From the NCBI GenBank assembly GCA_965226375.1, contig CBDDCX010000003.1:1-57637 (forward strand): a DNA stretch of 57,637 nt. Direction: 5' to 3'. Under the pieces are notes generated by a model. It made no database searches, was not told where the DNA came from, and saw only the letters and a program-made list of their open reading frames with translations. The stretch comes from Longimicrobiales bacterium. Lineage in GTDB: Bacteria; Gemmatimonadota; Gemmatimonadetes; Longimicrobiales; Gaopeijiaceae. Positions 1 to 11,251 of this stretch are shown here, piece by piece. Every line of letters begins with the position of its first letter. The first letter of the stretch is position 1. A program made the translations under genes and the position numbers.

Positions 1-400
1 GGCCCGCCGCGGCTAAACCGCACAGCAGGTAAAACCCGAAGAAGCGAAGGTGCCCCATCGCGTCCTCCACGTTGTTACCGAAGATCGAGAGGAACCACAT
101 GTTACCGATGAGATGGAACCAGCCTCCGTGCAGAAACATCGATGTGATCGCCGTCGGCCACCAGGTCGAGGTGTCGCCCGTGACGCAGGCCGTGCCCGGC
201 CCCACGGGGAGCTGAGTGCCTGCCGGAACCGTCTGTAGCAACTCCCCTGGAATGAGGCCAAGACGACAGACCGACGTAGAGAGCGCTGGCTCCATGCCCG
301 CACCCTGCAAGTAGAACCAGGCCAACGCGTTGAAGGCCACAATAGCATACGTGGCATACGGCCGCAGAATCTGTGGATTGTCGTCTCGAATCGGGAACAT
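1..400 (-). CDS. Rhomboid-family intramembrane serine protease, 5' part (runs off the left edge)
   Basis: Absent from the ORF track (no stop in window). Manual translation from ATG 400: MFPIRDDNP...TSMFLHGGWFHLIGNMWFLSIFGNNVEDAMGHLRFFGFYLLCG, the rhomboid SMFLH-x4-H-x3-N motif. Confidence 0.93.
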   Translation of the reverse strand, partial: MFPIRDDNPQILRPYATYAIVAFNALAWFYLQGAGMEPALSTSVCRLGLIPGELLQTVPAGTQLPVGPGTACVTGDTSTWWPTAITSMFLHGGWFHLIGNMWFLSIFGNNVEDAMGHLRFFGFYLLCGLAAAG

Positions 401-923
401 TCAACCTCGCCTGAACGCCGAGCGCAAGCTGCTTCTTAGGTGTCGTTTTCCTCGGTGCGGCCTTCTTCCTCGAATCCACGCTCTCATTGTTTGGCCCGCC
501 TTCAATCGAGCGAATGAAGGGGGACGATCGACCGTGAACATCGCATGACCGTGTTTCCTGCCATCTCGGGCCAAAATATGTCTCGCCGCGCATAATGCGA
601 GAGCCCCCCTCCTGCCGGTCGAGGATAGGACAGAACGGCCACCGGTCGCAGGCCATAGAGCCATTGGCCCGGCTCGGGGGGGAGCTAGTAACGGCTCCGT
701 CTTTGAGTCGCAGGTGAGGTTGCGGTAGAGCCGCCGCCCCGGGGTTGGCGTTGGGGTCGCTTGCAGGATGACTACGCTCCCCGCTACGGTGGTGAAGCGC
801 CACGGCCTTTGGATGCTCTTCCGAGTCGAATCAAGCTTGGTTCCGGGGTCGTTTCAGGCGGCTCCTGGTCACCGACCGCCGAGCGGGTTTAGCTGTGGCG
901 GCCTTTTAGGGGGAGGACCGGAC

Positions 924-3027
924 GTGGCAACAAAAGGCGACCATCCCGACAACGATCCGAACAACGATCCGAAGATCGAGAAAGCGAAGGGTCTGATCGG
1001 CGAGACTTCGTCGGCGAGACTTCGTCAGGACGGGAGTTGCCGCCGGGCTGGGTTCTGGCGCTCTGTTGGAGTCAGACGAGGCGCAGGCTTCGGAGACCGG
1101 CTCCCAACAGAGTGCTTGGGACTACGAAGCCGATATCGTGATCGCGGGAGGTGGGTGCGCAGGCCTGACCGCTGCCATTCGCGCGAGGGATCTGGGGGCC
1201 AGCGTGCTGGTGGTCGATCAGAACTTCGACCTCGGCGGCCGGATGCTGCACAGCGCGGCTCGGATGTCACTCGGCGGGGGTGACCCGGTACAGCAGAGAG
1301 ACATGAAGGGCGAGAGCGACCGAGAGGGGCTCGTCACGGTAGCGCCCATCGAGGACCCGGAGGAGCTCGATGACAACATTGAGCTCCTCTTCACGGATAT
1401 GACCGACTGGTCGGTCGTCGACTCCAAAGGGCAAACCCCCTACCGGTACAACGAGCGGGAGCTGGCGCGTGCGTGGGCCGAGAACTGTCCGGCCACCCGG
1501 CAATTCCTGATCGACAACTACGTCAGGTTCTCGAGGGTCAGCGGCACGCATGGCGGGGGAGGCTTGTCCCGCGCGCGGTTGGCGACCTGCTTCCTCATAC
1601 TGGGCGACAAGACGGACATCAAGGCGGGAACCATCACGCCGGAGGACGCGGGCGTCGCCGATCCCGAGCGCTCGAGTGCGTTTGCGCCCGTGCAGATGAA
1701 CAACGCGAGCCGCTCCGCCGGACCCAACGCCGTGTCAAACGGTGCCGCCCTCTCGCGGTCGCTGGAGTTCTCGGCCCGCGAGAAGGGCGTCGAGTTCATG
1801 CTCCACCGCCGTTTCGACGAGGTCGTTCGTGAGGAGCGTTATGCGGGGAGGGTTCTTGGGCTAAGGGCACACTATTCGCCGCGTCAGCACCCCGAGACCG
1901 GCGAGGTCCTGCAGAGCCTTTGGCGGAACGGCAATATCGACGAGCGGCGGGAAACCGTAAGCATCAGGGCCCGCCAGGCCGTTATCCTCGCCAGTGGCGG
2001 TCACGCGGGAAATCCCGAGGTCCGCAGCATGTTCTACCCGGCCTTGCGGGAGCCCGCCTTCCCGACGAGCGGTCAGACCCTGCTCGGCCCTGGGGGTCAG
2101 GACGCATCAGCGCTCATCGCCGGACTGAGGGTCGGGGCCAACTTGGCGGGGATGCAACAGAACGTCTCGTATTTCACGACGTTTCACATCTCGACGCGCC
2201 TCGGTACCCGCGACGCGTATACCGGCATGATGCCCGGTCACCCGACGTTCGGTCTCCGCGGCTCCAGCGGGTTCAATGTCGGCAACGCGGGCTTCGAGGA
2301 GTTCATCGCCGTGAACCAAGTCGGGAAGCGTTTCTTCAACGAGGTCCGGCTTCCTGCAAGGCCCGGGCCCAGTGCATACCCGGGCGATGGTGGTGCCCCG
2401 GGGCGGGGACTCGCGCACACGCCGCTCGACTGGCGCAATTGTCGCAAGGAGTGGGTCCGGCAGATGTACGACTACGACCACGGCCTCGACGCCGCCCTGG
2501 CGATGAACGAGGGGTCCGAGGCTCCGGACTACTTCTCGGGGCCGCTCTGGGCGGTCTTCGATCAGGATGCGGTCGAGCGGACCGGTTGGGAGCTGCGCTA
2601 CCCTTACGTGTCCGACAACGGCTACTTCTTCAAAGCCGATACCATCGAGGAGTTGGCCGAAAAGATCTACGCGGGCCATGAGTTCCAGCGGGTGCCGCTG
2701 AGTTACTTGGCCGAGACCGTGGCTACCTGGAACGGCTACGTGGAAGCCGGTGCCGATCCCGAATTCGAGCGCGAGACGGAGGCTCCGATGAATCCCATCA
2801 TGACGCCGCCGTTCTATGCGCTTTCGATCATGGTGATCTGGCACGATTCCTACGGCGGCCTACGGGTCAACGGACGACAACAAGTCGTGGATATGCAGGG
2901 CCGGGTCATTCCCGGTCTCTATGCGGGAGGTGAGGCAGTGGGAGGCTTCAACAAGCACGGCCTCGGCAAGGGTCACGTCCACGGCTATATCGCCGGTACG
3001 CACGCCGTTGAAGAGCCGTCCAGCTAG
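924..3027 (+). CDS. FAD-binding oxidoreductase (flavocytochrome c / fumarate reductase / 3-ketosteroid dehydrogenase-like); Tat leader frameshifted
   Basis: DIVIAGGGCAG dinucleotide fold, VILASGG and GLYAGGE motifs in ORF 1066..3027. GGAGG (912-916) and GTG 924 are in a different frame because of a duplication at 997-1024 inside an RRDFV Tat motif. Confidence 0.85.
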
Positions 3028-3081
3028 TCGTCACACCGATTTTCGGTGGGGTTCCTATGCGCTCGGAGGGGAGCGCCTCAT

Positions 3082-3717
3082 ATGGCCGAAGACGACGAGA
3101 TGACGGGTGAGATTGAACCGCACGACACGCGGGTTGTCGTGTGGGACGTGCCGGCGACTGTCGAATGCGGCGAGACGTTCAGCGTCACGCTGGGGGTCAA
3201 GTGCTCGTCAGAGTGCCAGACCGACGGTTGGACGGTCGAGGTGCGTGACCACGAGGGGAAGAGGCGGGCGACGGCCCCGACCAGCGGCGAGCCATGGCCC
3301 GACACAACCGGACTCCACTATGTGAAGGCGGAGCTGAGCGCCCCGGAAGCGGAGGGACTCTACACGTGGGAAGCCAGGGCTCCCGCGGACGAGTCGGAGA
3401 TCCCGCACGCCGAAGGTGTCGGCCGTTTTGGCGTGAGAGCCGTTCCCACGCCCGAGTGTCTCTTGACGGTCGTCGCCATCGACGGAGAGAGTCAGGCGCC
3501 TGTCGAAGGGGCCAAGGTTGTGCTTCACCCCTACAAGACCTTCACCGACGAGCGTGGGGTGGCGAAGGTGAGGGTGCCGCAAGGCGAGTACCGACTCTTC
3601 GTTTCTGGAAAGAGGTATTTCCCCTTCCGCAGCGAATGTGACATCGGGGCGGACGTCACCATAAGGGCGGAGCTTTTTCTGGACCGAGAGCTTTCCGATG
3701 CCGATATCTGGTCCTGA
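3082..3717 (+). CDS. Hypothetical protein with C-terminal carboxypeptidase-regulatory-like domain
   Basis: GGAGG upstream of ATG 3082; C-terminal PVEGAKV...TDERG...GEYRLFV pattern; co-oriented between the flavoprotein and the cytochrome. Confidence 0.7.
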   Translation: MAEDDEMTGEIEPHDTRVVVWDVPATVECGETFSVTLGVKCSSECQTDGWTVEVRDHEGKRRATAPTSGEPWPDTTGLHYVKAELSAPEAEGLYTWEARAPADESEIPHAEGVGRFGVRAVPTPECLLTVVAIDGESQAPVEGAKVVLHPYKTFTDERGVAKVRVPQGEYRLFVSGKRYFPFRSECDIGADVTIRAELFLDRELSDADIWS

Positions 3718-3754
3718 TTCCAAACTCCGTCACGACAGGGGAGAGAACCCTCTG

Positions 3755-4492
3755 ATGTTGAAGCTCGTGGCTGGTGTGCTGTGTCTGGCGTTCGTCATCG
3801 CTCCCGCCGCCGGCGCTCAACAACGGTCCGAGCAGGGGCAGCAGCTCTACCAGCAGAACTGTGCGCTTTGCCATCGGGACTCGGGTGCCGGGGATCCGCC
3901 GACCTTCCCGGCTTTGAGAGGCAGTGACCAGCTCGGCGACCCGGCGCGGATCGTCCGCAGTATCCACACGGGCAGGAGGCGCATGCCTCCGTTCCCCGTC
4001 CTGACCGCGGAGGAAATCTCTTCCTTGTCAGATTACATCCGCAACGCGTGGGCGAACGAATTCGGCCGGGCGACCACCGAAGAAGTAGCCGCGGTGCTCG
4101 AGGGACTAGGGGACGCCGGCCCGATGGCATCCGTATGGGACGGGGTATTCACCGAGGCACAGGCGACACGGGGGCAGGCGGCGTATACGGGCGCCTGTGC
4201 TATCTGTCATGGTCGCAGGCTGAATGGCGCTCCGGACGATCCGGATATGCGGTCGACCCCGCCGCTCGCGCGCGCGAGGTTCCTCCGTGTCTGGGAGGGA
4301 AGATCGCTTGCCACGCTTTTCGAATACACGCGAGCGACGATGCCAGAAGACAACCCGAGCTCTTTGACCGAGCAGGAGTACGTCGATGTCGTCGCCTACA
4401 TGCTCACGGTCGGGGGGATGCCGGTGGGAGATGACGAGCTGCAAGCCGATCCGAGGAGTCTCGCCCGTGTCGTCATAGGACCGCAGCCGTAG
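3755..4492 (+). CDS. Diheme c-type cytochrome
   Basis: Signal peptide, two CxxCH motifs (CALCH, CAICH), each followed by an MP axial-ligand motif. Confidence 0.92.
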   Translation: MLKLVAGVLCLAFVIAPAAGAQQRSEQGQQLYQQNCALCHRDSGAGDPPTFPALRGSDQLGDPARIVRSIHTGRRRMPPFPVLTAEEISSLSDYIRNAWANEFGRATTEEVAAVLEGLGDAGPMASVWDGVFTEAQATRGQAAYTGACAICHGRRLNGAPDDPDMRSTPPLARARFLRVWEGRSLATLFEYTRATMPEDNPSSLTEQEYVDVVAYMLTVGGMPVGDDELQADPRSLARVVIGPQP

Positions 4493-4495
4493 GCG

Positions 4496-6601
4496 CTAAT
4501 CGCGGCCGGTACGCAGCTGCTCCAGGAGAGCCTGATAGCGCGCCGCGGCTTCCGCGACGCGAGGTTCCACCAAGGGACGCTGCCTCTCCCACTGCTCCAG
4601 AAGCGCCTCGCGCGTTTCCCACGGCTCCAGGTCTCGTTCGGGGTCGATGGGACTGGTGAGGAGCGACTGAAGCTGCTGACGTTGGTACTCTACCAGCTCG
4701 GGCACCGCATCCGCCTTCCAGAACGGCTCATCGCCGACTCGCACGTAAACGGGAGCGCTGTGCGCGATGTTGGTGCTGCGAGGCGCCGAAGGTTCACCCC
4801 AAGCTCGGATGGCCAGCCACAAACTGTGGTCAGCCGTCAGCTCGGCTCGCAGTTGGACTCGATCGCCAGACCCGGCCTGCTCCGTCGCGACCACCTCCCC
4901 ATGGACCACCAGCTCGACGCGATCGAGTCTTCCCAGGTCGGGGTTCAGCCGCGCCTCCGCGACGACCTCCAGAGGTGTGCCGCGCTCGACCCGCATCTCC
5001 TCGCCCATCTCGCGTCCGTTGACCGTCAGCTCGAGAAACGCACCGTTGGTCACGTAGACGCGCCCGCTACGGAAGCCGGAAATCCACGAGTCAGCTGTGA
5101 GCGGCCCGTCGAGCTTCACGTACGTGCGCTCCACGCCCGGGAGCGTAGGCCCGAAATAGGGGAAGTCGGCGCCGGCAACCGGCAACACCTTGTAACCGAG
5201 GTTCAGGAAGCGATACCAGATCTCTGTGTTGATCCGGCCGCCCTGCAGCACTTCAATGAAGTCGACAAGACCAAAGGGTACATCGAGGGCCAATCCTCGC
5301 GTGCCGTTGAAGAGTTCGCCGAGATGCGCGTACCCCGTCAGCCCGCCCTGCCGGCGTGACTCTTCGAAGATGCGATGGTACAGGAAGAAGTCGTCGGCCT
5401 CGTGCGTCGGTCTCGAGATGTTCCAGTGGATCGTGTGGCCGCGATGACCGGTCCTGGGATCTTCCTGTCCCGACATGATGATGTGACCATCGCGCTCGTA
5501 GCGGCCGGCGCGCCCCCATGCCGGTTGCTTGAAGTGAGTGCCTGCGATGTTGCCCATCTCTAGCAGATGTCCGACGTGCACATCCTCGGCGGCCACCTGT
5601 CCCCAGACGTCGAGGTCATCAGGCCGGTCCCGCATCAGGTGGATGTGCGAATCGCCCGAGTACCATCCTTGAGAGGGAAGATCGGCGTAGCGCTCGAGCG
5701 CTACGTCCACGGTGGCGGCCACACCGCGTCTAACCTCGAATCTTTCGGTGTGCGCTCGGTACTCGGGTCCGCGCGTCACCACCAGCTCGTAGGTCCCCAC
5801 GGGCAGCTGTGCCTCGTAGTTGCCATTCACGTAGAAGGCCAGCCGGTTCTCCGACGGCCAGAACGTACGAGGGCGCACCCACAAGAGCTGTATCTCGTCG
5901 ACAAAGCGATGCACGGTCAGCGCCTGATCCGTCGGGAGCGGTGCCCGACCCGTGGCATCGTAGAGGCCCACCCGGGCGGGCACCGTACGGCCCGACGCCG
6001 CGTCACGGATTCGCAGCTGCAGCGCTCCGAACTCCGTGGGGATCGGGGTGGTGCCACTCCTCTCCAGGCTAACGTGGCACACCGTGACGCCGTCCCGGCC
6101 ACCGACGACGATGTCCGTGCCGGCCACGCCGTGGCCCGAGAAGCGGGCACGATCGAGCGTCAACGTGACCTCGTGAAGCTCTGCACCCGCCGACGGTTGC
6201 AGGTCCTCGGAACGCGCGGACCCCTCGCCGCCGTTGCTGTCCCACGCCACCGCGAACGTCCCGCTGAACTCGGGCGCGTAGGTGAGGGTCAGGTCGACTG
6301 GCTCATCGATATCAAAGGCATAGGCGTCATCGACATCGAGCGCGATGAGTGGGCCGGTCACGCAGGATCGGCCTCCGACCGTTCGCAACTCGATCGGATC
6401 GCGGGAGCCCGGGAGCCCGAGCTCTGAGCGATTCGCCCCAAGAACGCGGGTGAAGTTGGGCCACGTCCACGGCACCGGCTGCACATTCCGGGCCTCGGAG
6501 CCGTGCGGTGGGAGGGGCGGTCGTGCCCGAAGCACGAGCGGACCGACGACCAACGCAGGAACGCACAAGCAAAGAGCTACCCGACGCTTCACATGACCCA
6601 T
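4496..6601 (-). CDS. CehA/McbA-type PHP-fold metallohydrolase with carboxypeptidase-regulatory-like domain
   Basis: GWYSGDSHIH, GYAH, WYRFLNLG, ERTYV and TNGAFL motifs; hydrophobic N-terminus. Confidence 0.82.
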   Translation of the reverse strand: MGHVKRRVALCLCVPALVVGPLVLRARPPLPPHGSEARNVQPVPWTWPNFTRVLGANRSELGLPGSRDPIELRTVGGRSCVTGPLIALDVDDAYAFDIDEPVDLTLTYAPEFSGTFAVAWDSNGGEGSARSEDLQPSAGAELHEVTLTLDRARFSGHGVAGTDIVVGGRDGVTVCHVSLERSGTTPIPTEFGALQLRIRDAASGRTVPARVGLYDATGRAPLPTDQALTVHRFVDEIQLLWVRPRTFWPSENRLAFYVNGNYEAQLPVGTYELVVTRGPEYRAHTERFEVRRGVAATVDVALERYADLPSQGWYSGDSHIHLMRDRPDDLDVWGQVAAEDVHVGHLLEMGNIAGTHFKQPAWGRAGRYERDGHIIMSGQEDPRTGHRGHTIHWNISRPTHEADDFFLYHRIFEESRRQGGLTGYAHLGELFNGTRGLALDVPFGLVDFIEVLQGGRINTEIWYRFLNLGYKVLPVAGADFPYFGPTLPGVERTYVKLDGPLTADSWISGFRSGRVYVTNGAFLELTVNGREMGEEMRVERGTPLEVVAEARLNPDLGRLDRVELVVHGEVVATEQAGSGDRVQLRAELTADHSLWLAIRAWGEPSAPRSTNIAHSAPVYVRVGDEPFWKADAVPELVEYQRQQLQSLLTSPIDPERDLEPWETREALLEQWERQRPLVEPRVAEAAARYQALLEQLRTGRD

Positions 6602-6804
6602 AGCTCACTCCCCGAGATCAGCGCACTTATCGGGTAGTCCACATCGCGAACCTACCAGCAAGCCGATGCTATGCTACGGGCTAGTCAGACGCAAGCCGAC
6701 GACCATGGGTGCCAGGTCAGCTAAGATCACGGCTCTCCGAGGGATTCGGGTCTCACTCGCCGACGTCAGCGGACTGGGGGCTAAACGTTGGCCAGTGCCC
6801 GAGC

Positions 6805-9518
6805 TCAGTCGGCCCGAAGCGACACCGTCGGATCAAGGCGTGAAGCGCGCAGCGCCGGAATCGCCAGGGCGGCGATCGCCACGCCGCCGAGAACTCCCAA
6901 CGCCGCCCCGTAGGTAGCGCCGTCGAGCGGCCGGATACCGTACAACAGGCTCGACAGCAGGCGACCCGTTGCGAACGCGCCACCCACGCCGAAGACCATG
7001 CCCAACAACACCGGCGTCATCCCCTGCCTGATTACGAGCGAGGCGACCGTCCCTGCTTCAGCCCCCAGCGCCTTGCGGATCCCCATCTCGCGCCGGCGTT
7101 GCGACACGACAAAAGACGTTACACCGTAGATACCGATCGCACCCAGCACGAGTGCGAGGGCCGCGAACACACCGATCAAGGCCATCACGAAACGGGACTG
7201 GGCGATGGAATCCCCGACCACCGATTCAAGTGAGGCCACACCCGTGAGCGGAAGTTGCGAGTCGACCCCGGCCACGACCTGGCGAAAAGGCTCTGCCAGG
7301 TCGAGTGGATCCTCAACCGCCGTGCGCACGACGAACACGCCGGAGCGCTCGAAGCCGGCGAGTGTGTTGTAAAGGGGAATCTGCTCCGTGAGTATGTAGT
7401 AAGTGGGTGACACTTCCTCTCCGAGCTGTGAGTACTGCACGTCGTCCACTACCCCGACGATGGTCCACCATGGTTGATCGTCGGAGCTACCGGACAGTCT
7501 CATGTGTTGCCCCACCGCCTCACGCCCTGCGAGAAAGCGATCGGCTAGCGCGCGACTTACGACGACGGCAGGCACGCCGTCGGCACGGTCGAGAAAGGAG
7601 TCGAAAGCCCGGCCCTCGAGCACCTCGATTCCCATCGTCTCGAAATAGTTGGCCCGTACGGAGGTGATTATCGCGTTCCAGTTCGGTTGTCCGGGACCCG
7701 GCTCCGGCAGCCCCTCGAGCGAGAAGTCAATCACGGGCTGACCTCCTCTCATGGGGAGACTCCCGACGTGCGTGATCGCTGTCACCCCCGGTAACGCGGA
7801 GGCTGCTTCCACCACCTCGTCCAGGAAGGTGATGGCGTCGCTCGTCGTCGGATAAGCGGCGGCCGGGAGGGAGAAATCGGCAACGAGGGCGCTTTCCGGA
7901 TCGAAGCCGGGATCTTCCGCGAGCAAGTTCATGAGGCTCCTCGCCATCAGGCCCGCCCCGATCACGAGAACGAACGAGAGCGCGACTTCACCTGCGATCA
8001 GAATGTTGCGAGTTCGGAGTCCTCGGCGCGTCGCTGTTCCGGACCGGCCCTCTTCGCGCAGACTACCGGCTGTGCGGTGTCCCAACCCCTGGAATGCCGG
8101 GGCAAGCCCGAACGCGAGCGCGGTGAGCACCGCCAGCGCCGCAGTGAACCCGAGCACCGAGCTGTCGACCTCGACGGGGTCGCCAGAGGTAGAACTCCGT
8201 CGTCCAACGCGAGCAGTCCGCGTACCCCGGGCCGAGCCATGACGAGGCCAAGAACCGCACCGGCGACGGCCAGAATCACGCTTTCCACGAGACCCAGTTG
8301 GACGACACGCCAACGGCTCGCCCCGAGCGCGCGCCTGACCGCCACCTCACCCAGCCGAGTGTGTCCTCGGACGAGGAGGAGGTTCGCTACGTTGGCACAC
8401 ACGACCAGGAGGACGAATCCCACGGCCCCCATCAGGAGCAGCAGTGCAGGACGGACGTCGGAGACCATCGCATCCTTCAGACCCTCGACGAAAAGGAAGT
8501 GGCCTGTGTGGATCTCCGGATAGTCCTCGGCCCAGTTCGCCATCATTCGATCGATGTCACCCTCGGCCGCTTCGATCGACACGCCATCAGCGAGCCGACC
8601 CACTACGCTGAGGTAGTGCGACATCATATTGGAGGGGTTGTCGCGAAGCTGGAGAGGGATGTATAGGTCCACGTCCGTGTCTGGAAACGCGAAGCTCCTC
8701 GGTAGCACACCGACGACCTGGAACAGCTCCCGGTTGAGATTGATCGTGGAGCCGACGAGCTCTGGGTTGGACCCGAAACGCGACTCCCATAGATCGTGGG
8801 ACACAAGCACCACTTTCGGTCCCTCCGCCACATCCTCCTCGGCCAAGAGGGTGCGTCCGATCGCTGCCTCCACGCCCAACAACTCGAAAAGATTCCAAGT
8901 CGTGTAGAGGCCGCTCCTGAGTTCCGCCTCTTCACCGTCTCCCGTGATCGTAACGCTCCGGGAGGTGTGCGCGGCCACGGCCTCGAATGAACCGTTGTTG
9001 TCCCGGAGGTCGAGGTACTCGGTGGGGTCCACGCTGAAGTAGGGGAAGTCGAAGCCGCTTTCTGGAAGAAAACGGCCCCAGACACGGGCGAGCTCGGAGG
9101 AGTCCTCGTAGGGGAGCGGACGCAGCAGCACGCTATTCACCACGGAAAAGATCGCGGCGTTGGCCCCCAAACCGAGTGCGATCGTGAGGATCGCCATGGT
9201 AGTAAAGGCCGGCGCCCTCCTGAGCCCGCGCAGGGCATATCGAATGTCCGAGAGTAGATTCCCCATCACGTTCCTCCTCATCGTCCCTTGTCTCGTGTCT
9301 TGGGCGCTTCGCCCCATCATTCGGTCCCACCAGACGCCACCCAGCGCGGCCAACAGGTCTCCAACTGCACCGGTCCAGTAGCGCGCACGACCTGACCATC
9401 CTGAGTCGATGCCCGGGCCGGAGTAGTCCCGCGTGAGCCCAGACTCGTGGAGGCGCCGGAAATCCTCGGGAAAGAGGCTCAGCAGGATCCGAACAGCAGC
9501 GGGCAGACGGTGTTTCAC
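6805..9518 (-). pseudogene. ADOP/MacB-FtsX duplicated ABC permease, frameshifted near 8183
   Basis: ORF 7998..9518 holds the N-half (DIRYALRGLRRAP, LLVVCANVANLLL). ORF 6805..8313 holds the C-half (GEVALSFVL, GIYGV, RRREMGIRKALGA). One missing base joins LPL to DPVEVDSS. Confidence 0.85.
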
Positions 9519-9850
9519 GCGGGCTTCTCGCGACCGGCGAGGATGTCATTCGCCACCGACGAGAGCAGTTGTGCCTCCGTAAGCAGGCCCGTCCTGCCCT
9601 GCTCGGTGATTTCGTAGTCGGTGCGTCGTTCGTCGTTCTTGGAGGGCCCGTCGTCAGCCGGCGAAATCAGCCGCATCCTGACCAGTCGGTCGAGGACCCG
9701 GTAGAGGGATCCCGGCCGGATGCTGACCTCACCCGCGGTCCGGCGTTTGATCTCTTGGACAATCCCGTAGCCGTGTCGAGGGCCGTCCGCGAGGACGGCG
9801 AGCACCAAGAACTCGATTCGATTCAGCGTGGTGGGGTTTCGAGGTGACAC
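9515..9850 (-). CDS. PadR-family transcriptional regulator
   Basis: LAVLADGPRHGYGI...GSLYRVLDRL...YEITEQG; overlaps the permease start (ATGA), the usual PadR-ADOP pairing. Confidence 0.93.
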   Translation of the reverse strand: MSPRNPTTLNRIEFLVLAVLADGPRHGYGIVQEIKRRTAGEVSIRPGSLYRVLDRLVRMRLISPADDGPSKNDERRTDYEITEQGRTGLLTEAQLLSSVANDILAGREKPA

Positions 9851-9856
9851 GAGCGG

Positions 9857-9916
9857 CTCCTTTGGATATGCGCATGTTGAGTATGCTCAAGTTACGTATA
9901 TATAGTCACCTGTCAA
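9857..9916 (-). promoter_or_regulatory. Putative sigma70 promoter, operator and RBS of the PadR operon
   Basis: Minus strand TTGACA (9916-9911), 16-nt spacer, TAACTT (9894-9889); inverted repeat TTGAG-N4-CTCAA at 9877-9890; GGAG at 9860-9857. Confidence 0.6.
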
Positions 9917-10061
9917 CGCGTGCAGCCCTTTCGGAGCGTTCGGTTCGAACCGGCGAGCGACTTGCGCATGGTTTGCGCGCCGCGCACTGACCGCCCAATG
10001 TTCCTCAGTCCGGCGCCGGCGGACGAGCCGCGGCGAAATCGACATTTGCGTGGGGGGGACT

Positions 10062-11204
10062 ATGTCATCGTTACGACTCCTGATGTCCGTGCTCTTTGGT
10101 GTCGCGATCCTCGCGGGGTGCGCCGCGGAGCCACCGGCTGCGACTGCGGGAGCTAACGCGATCACGGGTGAGGGACTCCCGAACCCGAACCCGACACGTA
10201 TCGGGAGCTGGGCGACCCTGCCCGAGGGACGGGAGTGGGGCTCCACCGCAGGCCTCGACATCGACCCGACGGACGGACAGGTCTGGGGGTACGAGCGCTG
10301 CGCAGCGGGGGGCCCGGCGGGTGGATCCGGGGTCAACTGCGACAACAACCCCGTGGACCCGATCTTCAAGTTCGACCGCAATACCGGGCAGATCCTCGCC
10401 AACTTCGGCGCCGGAATTTTCGTGACGCCCCACGGCATCTACGCGGACGACGAGGGCAACGTCTGGGCGACGGACTTCGCCGGCAACGACGAGGGCACGA
10501 AAGGTCATCAGGTCCACAAGTTCAGCCCAACCGGCGAGCTGCTCCTGAGCCTCGGTGTCGCCGGCCAGCCCGGGAACGACCAGGATCATCTCAACCAGCC
10601 CATTGACGTGATCGTTGCGCCCGACGGGAGCATCTTCGTCGCGGACGGCCACGCCGGTCAGAACTTGACGACAGACCAACAGATGGCGGAGGCCCGCGCG
10701 GCAGGCCTGACCGGCCGCATCGTCAAATACTCGCCCGACGGCGAGTACATCATGGAGTGGGGCGAGATCGGCACGGATCACGGTCAGTTCCGCACGCCAC
10801 ACGCCCTCGAGTTCGACGCTCAGGGCCGGCTCTGGGTTGCGGACCGGGGCAACCACCGCCTCGAGATCTTCGACCAGGAGGGCAACTACCTGGACTCACG
10901 CTATCAGTATGGGCGCATCAGCGACCTCTTCATCACCGAGGACGAGATGGTGTACGCCATCGACTCCGAGTCCAACCGGCTCCGGCACATCAACTGGAGG
11001 AACGGCGTCCGCATCGGGCCCGTCGATCGGGACGTGCTCGTGGGCTTCATTCCGCCGTGGGAGTCCGACAGCCGGCCGCACTCTGGCGTGACGGGTGAGG
11101 GCGTGGGAGTGGACGAGGACGGCAACGTCTACGTGGCCGAGGGACCGGCCTCGCTCAGCGATGCGGGCTCCGCGTTCACGAAGTATGTGGTGGCCGGTAT
11201 GTAA
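10062..11204 (+). CDS. NHL-repeat lipoprotein (peptidyl-alpha-hydroxyglycine lyase-like beta-propeller)
   Basis: LAGC lipobox; FVTPHGI, LNQPIDV, FRTPHAL and VADRGNHR NHL repeats. Confidence 0.88.
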   Translation: MSSLRLLMSVLFGVAILAGCAAEPPAATAGANAITGEGLPNPNPTRIGSWATLPEGREWGSTAGLDIDPTDGQVWGYERCAAGGPAGGSGVNCDNNPVDPIFKFDRNTGQILANFGAGIFVTPHGIYADDEGNVWATDFAGNDEGTKGHQVHKFSPTGELLLSLGVAGQPGNDQDHLNQPIDVIVAPDGSIFVADGHAGQNLTTDQQMAEARAAGLTGRIVKYSPDGEYIMEWGEIGTDHGQFRTPHALEFDAQGRLWVADRGNHRLEIFDQEGNYLDSRYQYGRISDLFITEDEMVYAIDSESNRLRHINWRNGVRIGPVDRDVLVGFIPPWESDSRPHSGVTGEGVGVDEDGNVYVAEGPASLSDAGSAFTKYVVAGM

Positions 11205-11251
11205 GTTGGGCGAAAGCCCGCCATGCTGTATGATGACGGCCATGCTCCCAT

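Noticed and set aside
102..803. 233-aa minus-strand ORF and other ORFs in 13-803
   Set aside because: Overlaps the rhomboid frame and has no recognisable motifs; the real gene is the stop-less frame starting at 400.
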